From: Squalus acanthias
Lineage: Eukaryota
Direction of reading: 5' to 3'
DNA: 64,000 nucleotides
Assembly: GCA_030390025.1 (NCBI GenBank)
Contig: CM059430.1
Coordinates: forward strand, 72,912,001-72,976,000
Shown here: positions 13,441 to 26,600 of the stretch, piece by piece
How positions within the stretch are numbered: position 1 is the first letter of the stretch
How the letters are laid out: the number at the start of each line of letters is the position of its first letter
The notes under the pieces: model-generated
Databases searched by the model: none
Told to the model about the DNA's origin: nothing
What the model saw: the letters and a program-made list of their open reading frames with translations, nothing else
Position numbers and translations under genes: made by a program

Positions 13441-14489
13441 CGGCCAGAAATTCGGATCTCCGGCTTCCCTCGAGTGCAAGAATCGCGCGCGTACTTTCAT
13501 ACCGCGCCTGCTGTTGTGCTTCGGGCCCACGTGGAATTCTGATCCTGGGCCTCCTGCAGCTGCCAGCACGCAGTCCTTGCATATCCGAGGGGCGTAGTTA
13601 GTTCGAAGCATCCCCTGGAATCACATGGGACATGGAGAGCCAAACGGAGCAGGGATTCTCCATTGAAAGATTTGACAGGAAGACCTGTCAAATCTATGAA
13701 GAGAGATCGGCCCCAAAACCTCACTAAAACTTCAAATAAATAAAAAAAAAATCACATTTTTAAAATAACAATAAATTACATAAATTAACTAATTTAAACA
13801 AAAATTTAAATTTCTGAAAAAATTAATTACTCTTTTTAACGGTGCTAAAAATAAACTTACCTTTCATTAAAGTATGTAAAAAAGAAAACCAGTTGAAAAT
13901 TTTTTTAATTGTGCTTAATTCAGCATTTACCTTGGTAAAAGCAGGCCTGCGTAGCTTCTTCGTACTTACCCTCACGGAGAAACCTGGAAAAAAACGAATT
14001 TCGAGGTCTATGCGCTGCCTCTCCGGCGCAGGCGTTTAACCTCTGAAAACTTGCCTTCAGGGAAACGGAGGTTCCGATTTCCAGCGCATGCGCAGTGCAT
14101 TTAAAACTAATATTTAAATTTTGCAAAATAAATTTAAACATTTTCAAGGGCCAAAAAGAACCTAAACAATGTTTAAAGATCTTAATTTGTTTAAATCATT
14201 TAAAAGATTTATTTTAATATTTATTTAAACACTTACGCTGATAAAAGAAGGCCTTATGCCTGCTTTTAACTGGCATTAGGGTTTCATGGGCATTTGCTGG
14301 GCAGTAGTTGGGCAAATAGTGAATGTCCATTTTCTGCACATTCGGATGATCTGTCAAGCTGAAACTTGACAGATCGCAAGTTCCGGGTTTTCACGCAGGC
14401 GTATCGCATGCAGAAACCTGGAACTTGCAGGGCTTTTATGACTGTGTACGCTGTAGGAACCTTCTCAAAGGCCCTGGAAAATTTGGGCC
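13441..14489 (-). mobile_element. Chimeric MITE: younger copy (13441 to ~14100) fused to the arm of an older copy (~14100-14489)
   Basis: 13441-14100 is the reverse complement of the 2590-type element and is absent in unit B; 14100-14489 matches 45095-45489. Confidence 0.8.
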
Positions 14490-14553
14490 AATAGCTACCT
14501 AAATTTAAAGCAAAAAGGAATACCAAATGAGTTTCCTCTTACATGTTCTATAG

Positions 14554-14700
14554 CTTCCCCAGCTCCGTTACGGATTATTTAGCTGAAGAGAGCTCATCTG
14601 CTCTGACTCTCGTCTGTAAAACGACAGAGTTCTGCCCGGAGTCTCTGACCTTCACTTGGTATGAAGATCAAACGAACATTGTGACTGGGATCAGCACAGA
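14554..14700 (+). pseudogene. Truncated C1-set exon of a second, divergent receptor paralog (unit A)
   Basis: After acceptor ttctatag: SPAPLRII / (frameshift) LAEESSSALTLVCKTTEFCPESLTFTWYEDQTNIVTGIST. Aligns with PPTPLRI...LILVCKTAEFYPNDINITWYKDG...ETGIN of the minus-strand gene; the C-terminal half is missing. Confidence 0.8.
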
Positions 14701-17700
14701 TTCCTGGACGTGATGCTGTGTTCATCCCAGCTTCCTAGCTTCATTAGGACGACCAAAATGAGGACCGGCAGAATCACTCAGCTCCAAACCTTATTTAGGG
14801 AATATGGGAGCGGAACAGCATTGGAGAAATGGCAGCAGCTGCCTGAAAATTAACTCATTATTGCAATGCGTGTGGCATCAAGGAACCTTCACAATCTGCT
14901 GGTCATTTGGGACAAGTGGAACACCCTTCCGTTGGTGATCAATCATCACAGCCGTGCAGGATTTCCTTACAGAAGTATCCTTAGCCTAACTGTCTTCAGC
15001 TGCTCCATCAATGACCTCCATTCCACAATACGTTCACGAGCGTGGCTGTTAACTGATAATTATAGTGTTCAGCTCCAGTGGCACCTCCTCAGATAATGAA
15101 TCAGCCTACAGCAGCAGTAACTTTCAAAAGGGAATTGGATACATACTTGAAAACGATATGCATTGCGGGACGATGCGAAAAACCAGGAGAGTCAAACTAT
15201 TTGGCTAGCTCTTTCAAAGACCCGACACTGGCACGATGGGCTAAATGACTTCTTCCTGTGCTGTATGATTATATTCTGATTCTATGATACCAGCCCACGA
15301 CAGGACATATACAACATTTAATGTGAGTTGACCATCGTGCCAAGCAATGGCCAGCTCATTGATCAAGGAAAAGCACGTCAATTTCCCCAATGCTTCAACA
15401 CATTATCTATATCCTGGGCGTTAATCTTTCGTTAGCAACCTAACCGACCTTGCCATATAAACAACCTTAACTACTGGAGCAGCGCAGAAGCTGAAAGTTT
15501 TGCAATGAATATAATCTATCAACCTGTGAGCCTCTTTCTGAGATCCACAAGGCTCAAGTTTGGAATTTGGAAACATAGGCATTATTCGCCCGGATGGTTG
15601 CTTCTGAACGCTCAAGTATCTCCGCGCTATCCAGAACACCAACAGTTTGTTTGAATCGCACCCATTTCACAGGAATCCATGGGTGCAGTACGTACTATGT
15701 ACATGATGCATTGAAACAATCAATTAATCAACAACATACCCAGAGTTGTCAATGTAAAAAAAATAATGTGGAAAGCTTTGACAAGCATTGATCCAAAGTA
15801 AAATTGTTCCTCCCAAGAATGCTACACTTACCAGATGCCATCTCTTAAATTACTCATATGCTGAAGTTTTTGGATTAATCTATTTTAAGGTAAATGTGGG
15901 TTGATGCAACTTAGTGGTTACCTTTATAAAGCCAACTGCCACCTTGCCTTATCTCGTTCTTGTCTTAACATTATTATCTGAGTAATATAGACTTTTGGTG
16001 TGGCTTTTGTTGGAAAGAATGCAGGACACAAGGGTGTCGCTATCAGAAAGTGTTGCCCAAATAATTTTGCTGACGATTTTTAATCGGCTTATAAAAGCCA
16101 GATTTAAAATAAAGGCCAAAGTGATGTCATACAACAGCAAAGTAATGCGAAGCACAAGTAAATTGTGCTAAGAAAATGCCAAACATTGTGAAGAGTGAAA
16201 AAAACTCAAGATTGACGGCAAAAAACACTGAAGAGCCAGATTATCATTTTAATGATAGGAGAATGCTGATTTGTTAAGCATTAAGCAATTGACTATACAA
16301 GAAGTAAATAACATTCGTCTTTATTTTTTCAAGAAATCAACTTTGTTAATGTTATGGCTGGATAACGATTTATAAAAAAGTGGTGCATTTGTCTGTTGAA
16401 GTATGTTGCCCTGGAAAATAATGGCGGCGGAAGCACAACAAAGATACATACAGGGGCAAGTGTCCAGGCTTACGCGAGCATTCTGCACGACGACAGTGCT
16501 TTCTGCATAGGTGAAAACATTCGGTGATTTTTGGTCCGGTGTAGATGACCTCGGCTGTGACTCTTTGGGTTTTCAAGTGTAACTGAACATAATCTGAACT
16601 CTTGTCCTGAAGTTTAGACTGTTCTGTTTTCCTGGAGCCAGCCAATTCCAGCGCAGCGTATGTCAGATTGTTATTTGTTGTCGCTTGCTTTGCCCATAAA
16701 GCTAGTGTTGGAGAATATCATTAGTACATGGCCAGTGGCAGATTGTTCAGTAGTCAAAGGGCCATTACATTTAAGAAAGTCAACAGGTAATGCGATTTAA
16801 ATAAGATGAGCAAACTAATTTATTTTCTCCGCTACCATGGGTGACCTGTGTTTATTTTTTTCTCAACCTACCTGGGCCTATGAGTGCTCTCCTCTAGATT
16901 CTTAGCACTTGCAGTTTTCATTGACTTGATCAAATCTAATGCAGTGTTAAGGTCCATCTCATTTTCTGATCCCTGCATAGATCACAAAGTAATGCATATT
17001 ATATTGTTTACTCATTATCTTAGTGACACTGCAGTGTATGGATTACACGTTGAACCGAACGGTATGTAATACTAAAACCAGAGTTGGAAAGTGAGGCTTT
17101 AAAATAAATCCACTTGGAGCTTTTTTATCTCTCAATAATTTTATACTTTGTCATTAGGGCACTATATTATGTTTTACTCTCTCAATTTGGACTATAGTCA
17201 TGTTATAACTTGTGGTTGTTAAACAAGTTACTGCTTAGTAAGCCCTATGTGTGATAGCACAAAGGCCTAATGATACCTAAATCACTTGAGGTGTTTTCCT
17301 CTTACATGTGCACGCGTGTTTGAAAATAACTTTTTATGTGTTTGCTGATTACATTAGCATTATATATTTTGAACAATTTCAATTACATGTGAACAAAAAC
17401 GCAGTAAATACCTTTAGGAGATATATTGAATTGAGAATTGTCTCGCTGAAATATGAAATAAATATTTACTCTAAATTTTAAAGGATTAATGCTTTCCCTT
17501 AAGCAGCGAACTGATGTATTTCAGCCCAGCGGATTAATTGCATCTATGAAAGTATTTCATGCTTAATCTCACAGCCAATTTCTATTTGCTTAACAAATGT
17601 ATGAAAAAAACCGACCAGACCTTCTGGATATGGTGGTTGTTCGATGACATCCCCTGTTCCTGCTAATGAAAGGACTTGAAAATATGAACAATAATGATTT

Positions 17701-17907
17701 AGTGATATGGTTCTCCATGATTCCAAAACCATTTCATCTAGGCTTAATACTGTCCAACTTTATGTTCAGGAGCACATTCTTGAACTTGTTGGATATCTCT
17801 ATTTGTTCAAGCTTTACCGTCAAATTACCATCTCCAGATTTTGTTAATTTATTGAGTCCTAATCGAGTCAATTTCCATGGGGTCAAGAGGCTTCCTACTA
17901 TGAGCAT

Positions 17908-18657
17908 GGCCCTGAAATTGCGGATTCTGTGACGGCATACTCTCAGAGTATACCATTGTATTCCTTTTGAAATGCCCCGTAAGTTCCGGATTTCCTCAAG
18001 TGCTTGCATATATCTGGAAATTGAGGCCTGTCAATGTGCACGATGACAGGCCATATGCGGGAAACCCGAAAAAGCAATCGCTGGCGCAGAGTTCAGCAAT
18101 TTACCCAGCGATCGGCCGGCAATTGCCCACTTAGGTCTTACAGTTGATGAAAGCAGGCATGGTCCTGTTTGTATTAGCGTAAGGAGATATCTAACGCTTA
18201 AATTAAACATTTTTAATATCCAAAATTATGCACATACACTGTATTAAATGAATTTATGCAAATATTAGACTGTATTACAGTTTTAAATACAGGTGAAATT
18301 ATCAAAAAATATTTTTTTACCGAGGTTGGTGTAATGAAGGTACTTTTGAAAAAAATTACAAATTTGAACATTGTATGATTATTTGATTTGGGAATTCCAT
18401 TGCATATCATCAGTGGATTCCCTTCGTAAATGATTGGAATTTTATTCTGTTTATGGATTGGAGGACTGGGCCCACATGATCGCAGATACGCTTCCGATGC
18501 GCCTCCATCCTGGGATCTGTTGATTATTACTCTGCCCTCTGCCTCGAGGCCTGAGACCACAACACTTCTCAGTCAGGGCACCAGGAGATACTTTCGTAAT
18601 TGTTTCATGCGTCGGAGGCATACTCCGGAATTATGCTGCTGAATGCATTTTTTAGCC
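17908..18657 (+). mobile_element. Older Harbinger-related MITE, predates the duplication
   Basis: ggccctgaaattgc start with a degraded matching end; subterminal ggcatactc..gagtat dyads; homolog at 49665-50614. Confidence 0.8.
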
Positions 18658-18929
18658 TGTTACTTGACGGGAAAGCACACCACTTTAGACGATGCCGTCA
18701 ACTCGCTTCCGCAAAGGTAATGCACCAGCAGAAATAGGTCAGAGAATTTTAGAAAATAACACGAGAAACATTCTTCGACCCACTCCAGAGAGGTGAAAGA
18801 CAATACGGCCACTTTATTGCTGCGGGACAGATGATTAAACTCAGTGCATAGTTTCTGGTGCTCCATCTCCCTGGGTCCTATCATCAACAGCACAACATGA
18901 CATCCATTTACAAGAGAAAAGAAATAACT

Positions 18930-19335
18930 TCTCATTTATGTAGCGCGTTCTAGGACGTTAAGACATCCCAATGCGCTTCTCTAAAAAAACGTACTTTGGA
19001 TGTTTAATCAATGTTGTAATGTAAGAAAAAGCAGCGGCTAATTGATCACAGATAGGTCGTGCATACAGTCATGCGATAAATAAGCAATTAAATTGTTTTA
19101 CCGATGTACATTGGGGATACATGTTTTGCAGGACACCGATAGATCTTCCAGTCCTCATTAAATATTCCTAATAGATCTTTTACATACACTTCCGCGGGCA
19201 GACGGAGACTGGTTTTCAGTTTTCATCCGAAAGGTCTCCCTCAGTACGGCACTGGGATGTCGGCCTAAATTGTGTGCTTAACTCTCCGACCTCTGATTAT
19301 CAGGTGAAAACGCTACTACTGATCCAAGGCTGACT
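18930..19335 (-). mobile_element. DeuSINE (SacSINE1-like); homolog at ~50885-51290
   Basis: Deu-domain-like tcatccgaaag..ctccctcagtac.gcactggga.tgtc.gccta and an L2-type tail (atttatgtagcgc...catcccaatgcgctt). Confidence 0.65.
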
Positions 19336-19422
19336 TTAACTTATTTCATCCCTACCCTCACATTATCAAGGAAATACTAAAGGACACAATGAAACGGGAC
19401 AATTTCATACCTTTACGTATTT

Positions 19423-20676
19423 GGCCCGAAAATTAAACCTAATACGCGAGAGTACGCACTGTGTACTCTCGCGTATTAGATCCCGAATTGCCGGTTTCCT
19501 GCATGCACTGCAGATGCGCGGGAACAGGCACTTGGTGAATTGAAAAGGGGGCGGTTCCTAAGTGAACCGCGTGCGCACTACAGGCTGTGCGCACGCAGTG
19601 CACTTAGTTTTTTTTTCAGCTTTGAAAGCGCAGGTAAGTGGTGAAGATTTTACACACAAAGAAAGCAGGCGTAGGACCCCCTTTTAACAAGGTAAGTAGT
19701 TAATTAAGTGTTATTTTAAATTTTTTCAACAGGTTTATCATTTTTAGAGACTTTAAAGAAAGGTAAGTTTATTTTTATAACTTTTAATTTTATTTTAAAT
19801 TTTTTCAAAAATTAAATTTTTTGTTTAGAATGGTTAATTTATTTAACTATACTTATTTTATTAATTAGAAGTCGCACAACACCAGGTTATAGTCCAACAG
19901 ATTTATTTAATTTTACAAGCTTTCGGAGCTGTTCGCTCCTTCTTCAGGTAAGGTAGCTGTGAGAGAATCTCCCAGAATTCACTATATAAACACAGGAAAA
20001 ATCTATTCAAATCTTTCCCTACATCAAAGACACACTAAGAGCACAGCCAAGACAATGAGATGTGTCCCAGGGGGTCCAACGTGTCAAAACACATGCTGGC
20101 TGCATATCCTCTCCATTTGTTGTGTTAGTCTTTTTAAAACAAAACCTGGAAAGACCGGCCATGATGTCAAGTCACGTTCTGTATCGTGACATGAACCCGA
20201 TATCGCGATTGAGGCCATCCTCATGAGTGCGGAACTTGGCTATCAGTTTCTGCTCTATGAGTTTGCGCTGTCGTGTATCCCGAAGGCCGCCTTGGAGAAC
20301 GCTTACCCGCAGATCCGAGGCTGAATGCCCCTGACTGCTGAAGTGTTCCCCCTTTTATTAATGTGATGGCTTTTTAAAAATTTAATTGAGGTTTAGCTGT
20401 TCTTTTGGGGTGTGTAGTATTCATAGCTTTGACATCTCTTGCCGTCAAAACTATGAATTAAAGATGGTGTGCTGCCATTGGCTCTAACTGAATCACGTGA
20501 TCCCAGAGCTCGCACGAACTAATTGCGCCTCCGGGTCACGCAAGCACTGCATGGTTCCAACAGAGAGAGCCTTTGAAACTAAAGTTCGTGTGGGCCCGGA
20601 GCAAAAAGGTAGGCACGGAGTGCGATATCGCGGGGAATCCTTACCCCCGCGGGAACCATCCATGTTTAATTTCTGG
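19423..20676 (+). mobile_element. Harbinger-related MITE inserted in the TM exon of the pseudogene
   Basis: ggcccgaaaattaaac...gtttaatttctgg; empty site at ~51375-51385 in unit B; contains a nested Penelope-like fragment. Confidence 0.9.
19866..20352 (-). mobile_element. Penelope-like retroelement 3' fragment nested in a MITE
   Basis: Minus strand encodes ...QKLIAKFRTHEDGLNRDIGFMSRY, resembling a GIY-YIG C-terminus; flanked by the 10-bp duplication ttttattaat (19856-19865 / 20353-20362). Confidence 0.75.
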
Positions 20677-22944
20677 TATTACTGGATATCGCTTCCTCAT
20701 GATTATCAGGAGCAACAGCATTAAGATTGCACCATCCTGCGGATCGATAGACCTGCATGGAGCATTGTGCGTAGCCATCTCCTGTAAAATAAATGTCAAA
20801 AATAAAATTTGAAATTGAACATTTTGAGAAAGTTTTCTGCAGAACCACCTTTCAATGTCGCCTATCATTCTTTTGAACATTTATTTCAATTTCGGGAGTC
20901 ACGCAGCATAAAGAGACGGTTAAACATTTTATTGATCTTCTTATTTTTCCTTTTCCATTTCAAGTCGTTATGATTACTTAACATCTAAAGAGAATTTTAC
21001 TACTGCATTTATAAAATGGAGCACGATTAAACCTCCACCCCTGAGTTATACTCAAGACGATTATCTTTGGACTTTAGGTTTTAGACCACATGTTAACTAG
21101 GAATTAGATATGATAGTTGATTCCTAGATTAGTCACCAATGTTTGGTAAACAAGCTGTGCTGTTTCGAGAATTCAACAGCTTCAGTTTTACTTTTACTAA
21201 GACCAGAATTTTATTTCCAGAATTGTTTAAACTGAAGTTAAATTCTCAAACTACCATGGCGTGATTATCTGTCGAGGCGTCTGGGTTACTATTTCCGTAC
21301 AATAACAATTATATTACATTAACTCAGCTCTCTAATAGAAAACGTTCAGAACAAAGACCCATTCGCCAACAGATCTGGAATAATCTACTTTAATCCATAT
21401 TCTTGTTCCTATGAAGAGTGAAAACCCATCAATGCTCCTTTAAAGGATTGTGGACAAAATTGTGCACATGCCAAATACGGTCCATAATCTTTGGTATCCG
21501 TCTTGGGTCAAATGTTCCTTGCATTTGTTATAATTAGATTTTTACCTACAGTACTGGTTGAAATGAGTCGGAAGTCAGTTGCCGTTTGGACGGTGTGATG
21601 AAATGCCTGGCAGGTATAAATAGTCCCGCTCTTGACAGGCTGTGACTCTTCGAAAAAGCTGGAAACTTCATACAGACCTTTTTCATTTATCTGTAATTGT
21701 GGCGTTTATCCCGGTCTCAACTTTCAAACCATCCTTGTACCAAGTAATATTGATATCATTTGGGTAAAATTCAGCAGTTTTACACACAAGAATCAAAGAA
21801 GCAGATGCATTACGATCAGCCTCATTGCAGTCAATACGCAGTGGGGTTGGGGGAAATGTGGAACAAGATATAGAAGAGATTAGAACTGACTGACCTCTTT
21901 CAGAATGTATGAAGGAGTTCTATTTTCTACCAGATTAAAGTCAATGTGACATTAATACTTTCAAAACATTAAATGGCATGTTCTTTTATAGAAACGTTGG
22001 GTGGATTTTCAACTTGCTTTCTGGGCGGGAAACAGACGATGTTGATCGGCAACTTGGCATCAAGTTGAAAAGCTCTCCCATTAATTAAAGGATTACAATT
22101 TCTACTGAGACATTGGTGAGCTAAACAGGATACCGACGAGATCAATGCTAGAAAGAATATAGATGGAAGATATAAAGGTTTGGAGGATTTTGAGATTATT
22201 GCAACATATATATCTCAATAATTAAGAGCTGGTAGAAAGGGATTCGATGGAGAATATGTTTACAACGCTTCGCATTTTACAGGGCTAAGCCTTTAATTGA
22301 AAAATAGATCATTTCACGATCAAATTGTTTTAATGTTGTTTATAAAATCATATTGAACACCATTCACCTAAACCGGAATATTTTAGAAAGTTGACAGACG
22401 GTTTAAAAACTGTCGAGACAGTTTTACTGAGTTAGAGACTCTTTTGAAGTAATTATTGTGAAGAGTGTTGGAAAGGTTAATGTAAAATACAGATAACACG
22501 TATTTTTAGAACGGCAGTAAGTGAAGAACCATAGGTGGAAGAAACGCAAAGCAGAAGAAAATAGATCAAATGGAAAGTTACTGAGAACTCGCCGTAGAGT
22601 TCCCCGAAGTTTAAGCTAGAGTGCATTAGAGAGAGACGTAACGGTTCGAAAGCAACAATTAATTTGCCATCTAAGGGATAAGCTTATCCGTCATATTCTC
22701 ATTCAAGCGGCAGACTTCCATTTCCTATCCGACTACCTGGATGGTTCACTCCGCAGCAATAAACTCCAGAGTCCGCGGAGCTGACATTCAGGAGCTGAAG
22801 TGAGGACTCTCCTTTCTTCAAAGAAAAAAATCGTTTTCTGCTGTCATTAACTGACTGTAGAAACTCATTTTCTCCCAGTTTCCACCAGTAAACAGTCACA
22901 TCGGAATTATCTTGTAAAAAAGGGAACGCGCAATAGAAAGTAGT

Positions 22945-23686
22945 GGGCCAAAAATTGATCCCGCTGCGCGAGAGTACGCACTGCGTGCTCTCGCGTATTC
23001 TCTCTCCAATTGCCGGTTTTCTGCATGCACTGCGCATGCGCTGAAAACCGGCACTTGGTCTTTGGAAAAGGGGGCGGTTCCTCGGTGCACCGCGTGCGCG
23101 CTACAGGCTGCGCGCACGCTGTGCACTAAGTGCTTTGGACGCGCAGGTAAGGACAGAGGATTTTAGAAACGAAAAAAGGAGGAGTAAGACCCACTTTTAA
23201 CAAGGTAAGTAGTGAATTAAGTATTATATTGAATTTTTTTTAACAGGTATATCTTTTTTAGAGACTTTAAAGACAGGTAAGTTTATTTTTATAACTTTTT
23301 AAAAGATTTTAAATTTTTTCAAAAATTAAATTTTTTATTTAAAATGGTTAATTTATTTAACTATACTTATTTTATTAACGTGATGTTTTTTTTTTTATTT
23401 AATTGAGGATTAGCTGTTATTTTGGGGGTGTGTAAGATTCATAGCTTTCACAGCACGTATGTGAAACTTATGAATGGAAGATGGTGTGCTGCCATTGGCT
23501 CTAACTGAGTCACGTGATCCCACAGCTCGCACGAATTCACTACGCCGGTGGGATACGCAAGCACTGCCCAGCTGATGTCTAGAACATCAAGTTCGTGCGA
23601 GCTGGATCTGAAAAAGCCAACGCGGAGTGAGAGATCGCGCCTGCTCCTTACCCCTGCGGGAACAGAGCGAGATCAATTTCTGGGCC
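22945..23686 (+). mobile_element. Harbinger-related MITE (742 bp) inserted in the V exon of the pseudogene
   Basis: TIRs gggccaaaaattgatc / gatcaatttctgggcc; flanks agt / act versus empty-site aat at 54281-54283. Confidence 0.93.
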
Positions 23687-26600
23687 ACTGTTTCCACCTG
23701 CGATCACGTTGGCATTTTCAGGGGCTTGGATCACACTTAAATGAACACCGGAAATAGCTGTGAGGAAATAAATGCAAACAATAATGAGATATATCGCACA
23801 CACACGGCTTGCTGACAATCATAATCGAATTCTGATAGTAGGGTATATTTGCTGAGGATTAAATTCAATCCTTGTCAATGATATCTGATCCTACAAGCGC
23901 TGTCTATAACGAGTTAATTTTAAACGATGAGATCTGTCGGCGCTGCTGTGTATTTAATGTGCCTTGCTACCACATTTCTATTCTTAAAACTAACCTGATG
24001 TGAAGCGCAGACCACACCAGCACATTTTGAATTGCACATGTCTTCAGGAACAGACAATGATCAGACAATGAACACATCAACTGAGATATGGTTGATCCGA
24101 CGCAGGGTCTAAGATCTTGACATAACTCATTACGAAAGGACTTTCACTGGACTGTGTTTCCTGTTTTATGTTCAATTGACGTGGTAATACATCCTAACAC
24201 CAGATTCACTTTGACAATAGTCTCGTGGCACTGGCCATGGACCTTTCATCAACCATGCAATATAATCCTCATGACTTTCTCTTGCTCAACATCCTTGAAG
24301 CAAAGGCCCCGGCATCATTCAAAGATGCAGTTGCCCCTATCCAAGTGCAACACACTACATTCGTCTAGATTAAATTACATCTACCAGATTCGGTTAATTC
24401 CTCTATTTAATCCAGTTTTTCTGCAGACTTATTTTATTTTATCCACGGTCTTTATATCCGCAGATATGTTCGTGCAATCTACGCACTTGCAGATAACATC
24501 CCCATGCCTTTACCCAAATAATTGATAAATAATGCAATGGTCCTAACGATTAATAACGATCTTCTATGTCCCTGAATAGAGCAGGTTCCTTGTCCTTCCC
24601 AAACCAAAACTTGCATGGAAATCCCACAATACTCAGCCTACCTTAGTAGCCTTTGTACAGGAAAGTATTAAACTCTTTTTTAAAAGTCTAGATATACAAT
24701 ATCAATATGACTGCCTCATCTACCAACTTTGTAAATTCCTTGGAAAAGTGCAACGAAGTTGGTGAGACACGACCTTCTATTTCATAAACCATGTCTGGAT
24801 TCACTAATAAACTCATCCATTCGAATTGATAGTGCAGAGCATCTCTAATAATTGCATAATTTTGAGGTTCTCACTCAGACAATTTTTGAAATTTTGGTAA
24901 GACGAGCCCTCTCACGGTTCCATGGACAGCATCACAGATAACTGTACAATATAACTACTAAATTTATACACAAACAGCTGACATAGCACAGGCCTCATTT
25001 ATTGGAACACACTCGGGAGAATGTCTTCAAGGTCAGCACCCCGACTTCTTTTCCGAGCACAAACTGCAGCAAGGACTACATCCGTATCCAGTTCAACAGG
25101 TTTACTTTTAATATCAGCCTCATGTCGATGTACTGGTAACCCAACATCTTTAAATGTAGTGAAGGCAGTTGTAAAGTAAGTTTTTAAATGTTTTCTCATA
25201 TCCTGGGACTCCGCCTGAATCTGCCCAGAGGATCGTTCAATGGTCAAGTACTTTCCTTGGTAAGCCTATGATATTCAACATAGTTAAAGTTACCTTACTA
25301 TTAATACCACCCCGATACAATCTTCTCCATCCGTGTCTTTATCTCTAATACAGATTCTTACATTTATCCTAATGCTTGAACATTGGAGCTTGTATAAAAT
25401 TGGACCTCTGAGCGAAAAATCGACCAACTATAAACATAAATAACAACAACACATAACCTATAAAACAGAGTTCAGACATCCAACGTCCGCCGTATCTTGC
25501 GATTGACATATTAAAACATGATATTAATAGAAAGGAAAACTCATGGATACACCTGTATAAGCATTCGCGAAGATCAATATCCAGGGAAGCACAATCATAT
25601 TTAGAAATGGAATTGACTGCAGGCTACAGGTAGGCGCCATCCTCTGATGGTTTGGAAATACTGGCTATATTCCGAACATGATTCCAACTGAGAGATGATG
25701 ACGCATGAGTCTAAAACTGCCGTCAGTAACGGAATTTATTTTAAGCGTTCAGAGCTGTGCCCGCAGTTGTGCGTTCATGATGGACTATAAAATATTTAAT
25801 CTGAAAGGCTGTTGCAGCAGTAAATATGTCTTTAAAGAATTAGATCAAACTTTTGCTTAAATTATTTAGCTCGACATCTGCAGTTGTTGAGAAAGTGTAT
25901 AGACTTCAACAAAGTCAACACGACTGGCCGATAATCACACAGCGCGATACGCACTCTTGTGCATGCAACAAACTTTAAGCCAAAATTATAGCACACCACC
26001 ACCACTACAGCGGACCGCGGCCTCAGACTTGCACCTCCATTGTAATACACAGAAGAAGCGCAACTTTTCCTGCCGGCTCTGCTTGGCATTGCGTACAATG
26101 AACGTAGACATTTGTGAGTTTGTGTTTGGCGTTTTCCATCTGCCTGTTTAACAGCTGAAGATATAATTCAGACAATATACTTCATAAAACAGTCGTTGAT
26201 CAAATTCAGTTTGTAGACCAGAAACACCAATGTAAGAAAGATAATAATATACAGAACGAGTTTGGACTTTGCAGACATTTTGTGAGAAAGATCCAGTTCA
26301 CACGGAAATAATAAGTATGAAGGTGGGAGAATTAATCTGCTGTTCAACTGAAACCATCTATCTGTTTTTCCATATATATTGAGGCATTCTTTAGAATAAT
26401 TCCAGCTAATAACCATAAGTGTTTTTAGATATTATTACGTTGCAATCAAAAGGCGCATGTTTAGAGTTGGAACTGCCTACACGGAAATGTACTAATGAAC
26501 CATTTCCGTTCTTTACCACGAGACAGCAATTCGTTTATGATTTAGTCTATCAAATAGAGCAGAAACCGCATTTCAGGTGAGGATAAAAAGGTTCATCTGC

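Larger units (their letters stand above)
16520..25641 (-). pseudogene. Pseudogene paralog (unit A) of the V-C1-ITIM receptor
   Basis: Leader 25553-25641 has +1 nt. V exon (23757 to ~22715) is split by MITE 22945-23686 and has lost its G-strand end and donor. C1 exon 21546-21855 has acceptor AG>AT and +1 nt. TM exon 19411-20781 is split by MITE 19423-20676. Exon 6 16872-16972 has -1 nt and has lost its tyrosines. Exon 7 has acceptor AG>GG and stop TAA>GAA. Confidence 0.92.

Noticed and set aside
22945-23686. Insertion in the V exon as a RAG/Transib-type transposon
   Set aside because: TIRs begin GGGCC with a 3-bp target site (Harbinger-like), not CAC with a 5-bp TSD.
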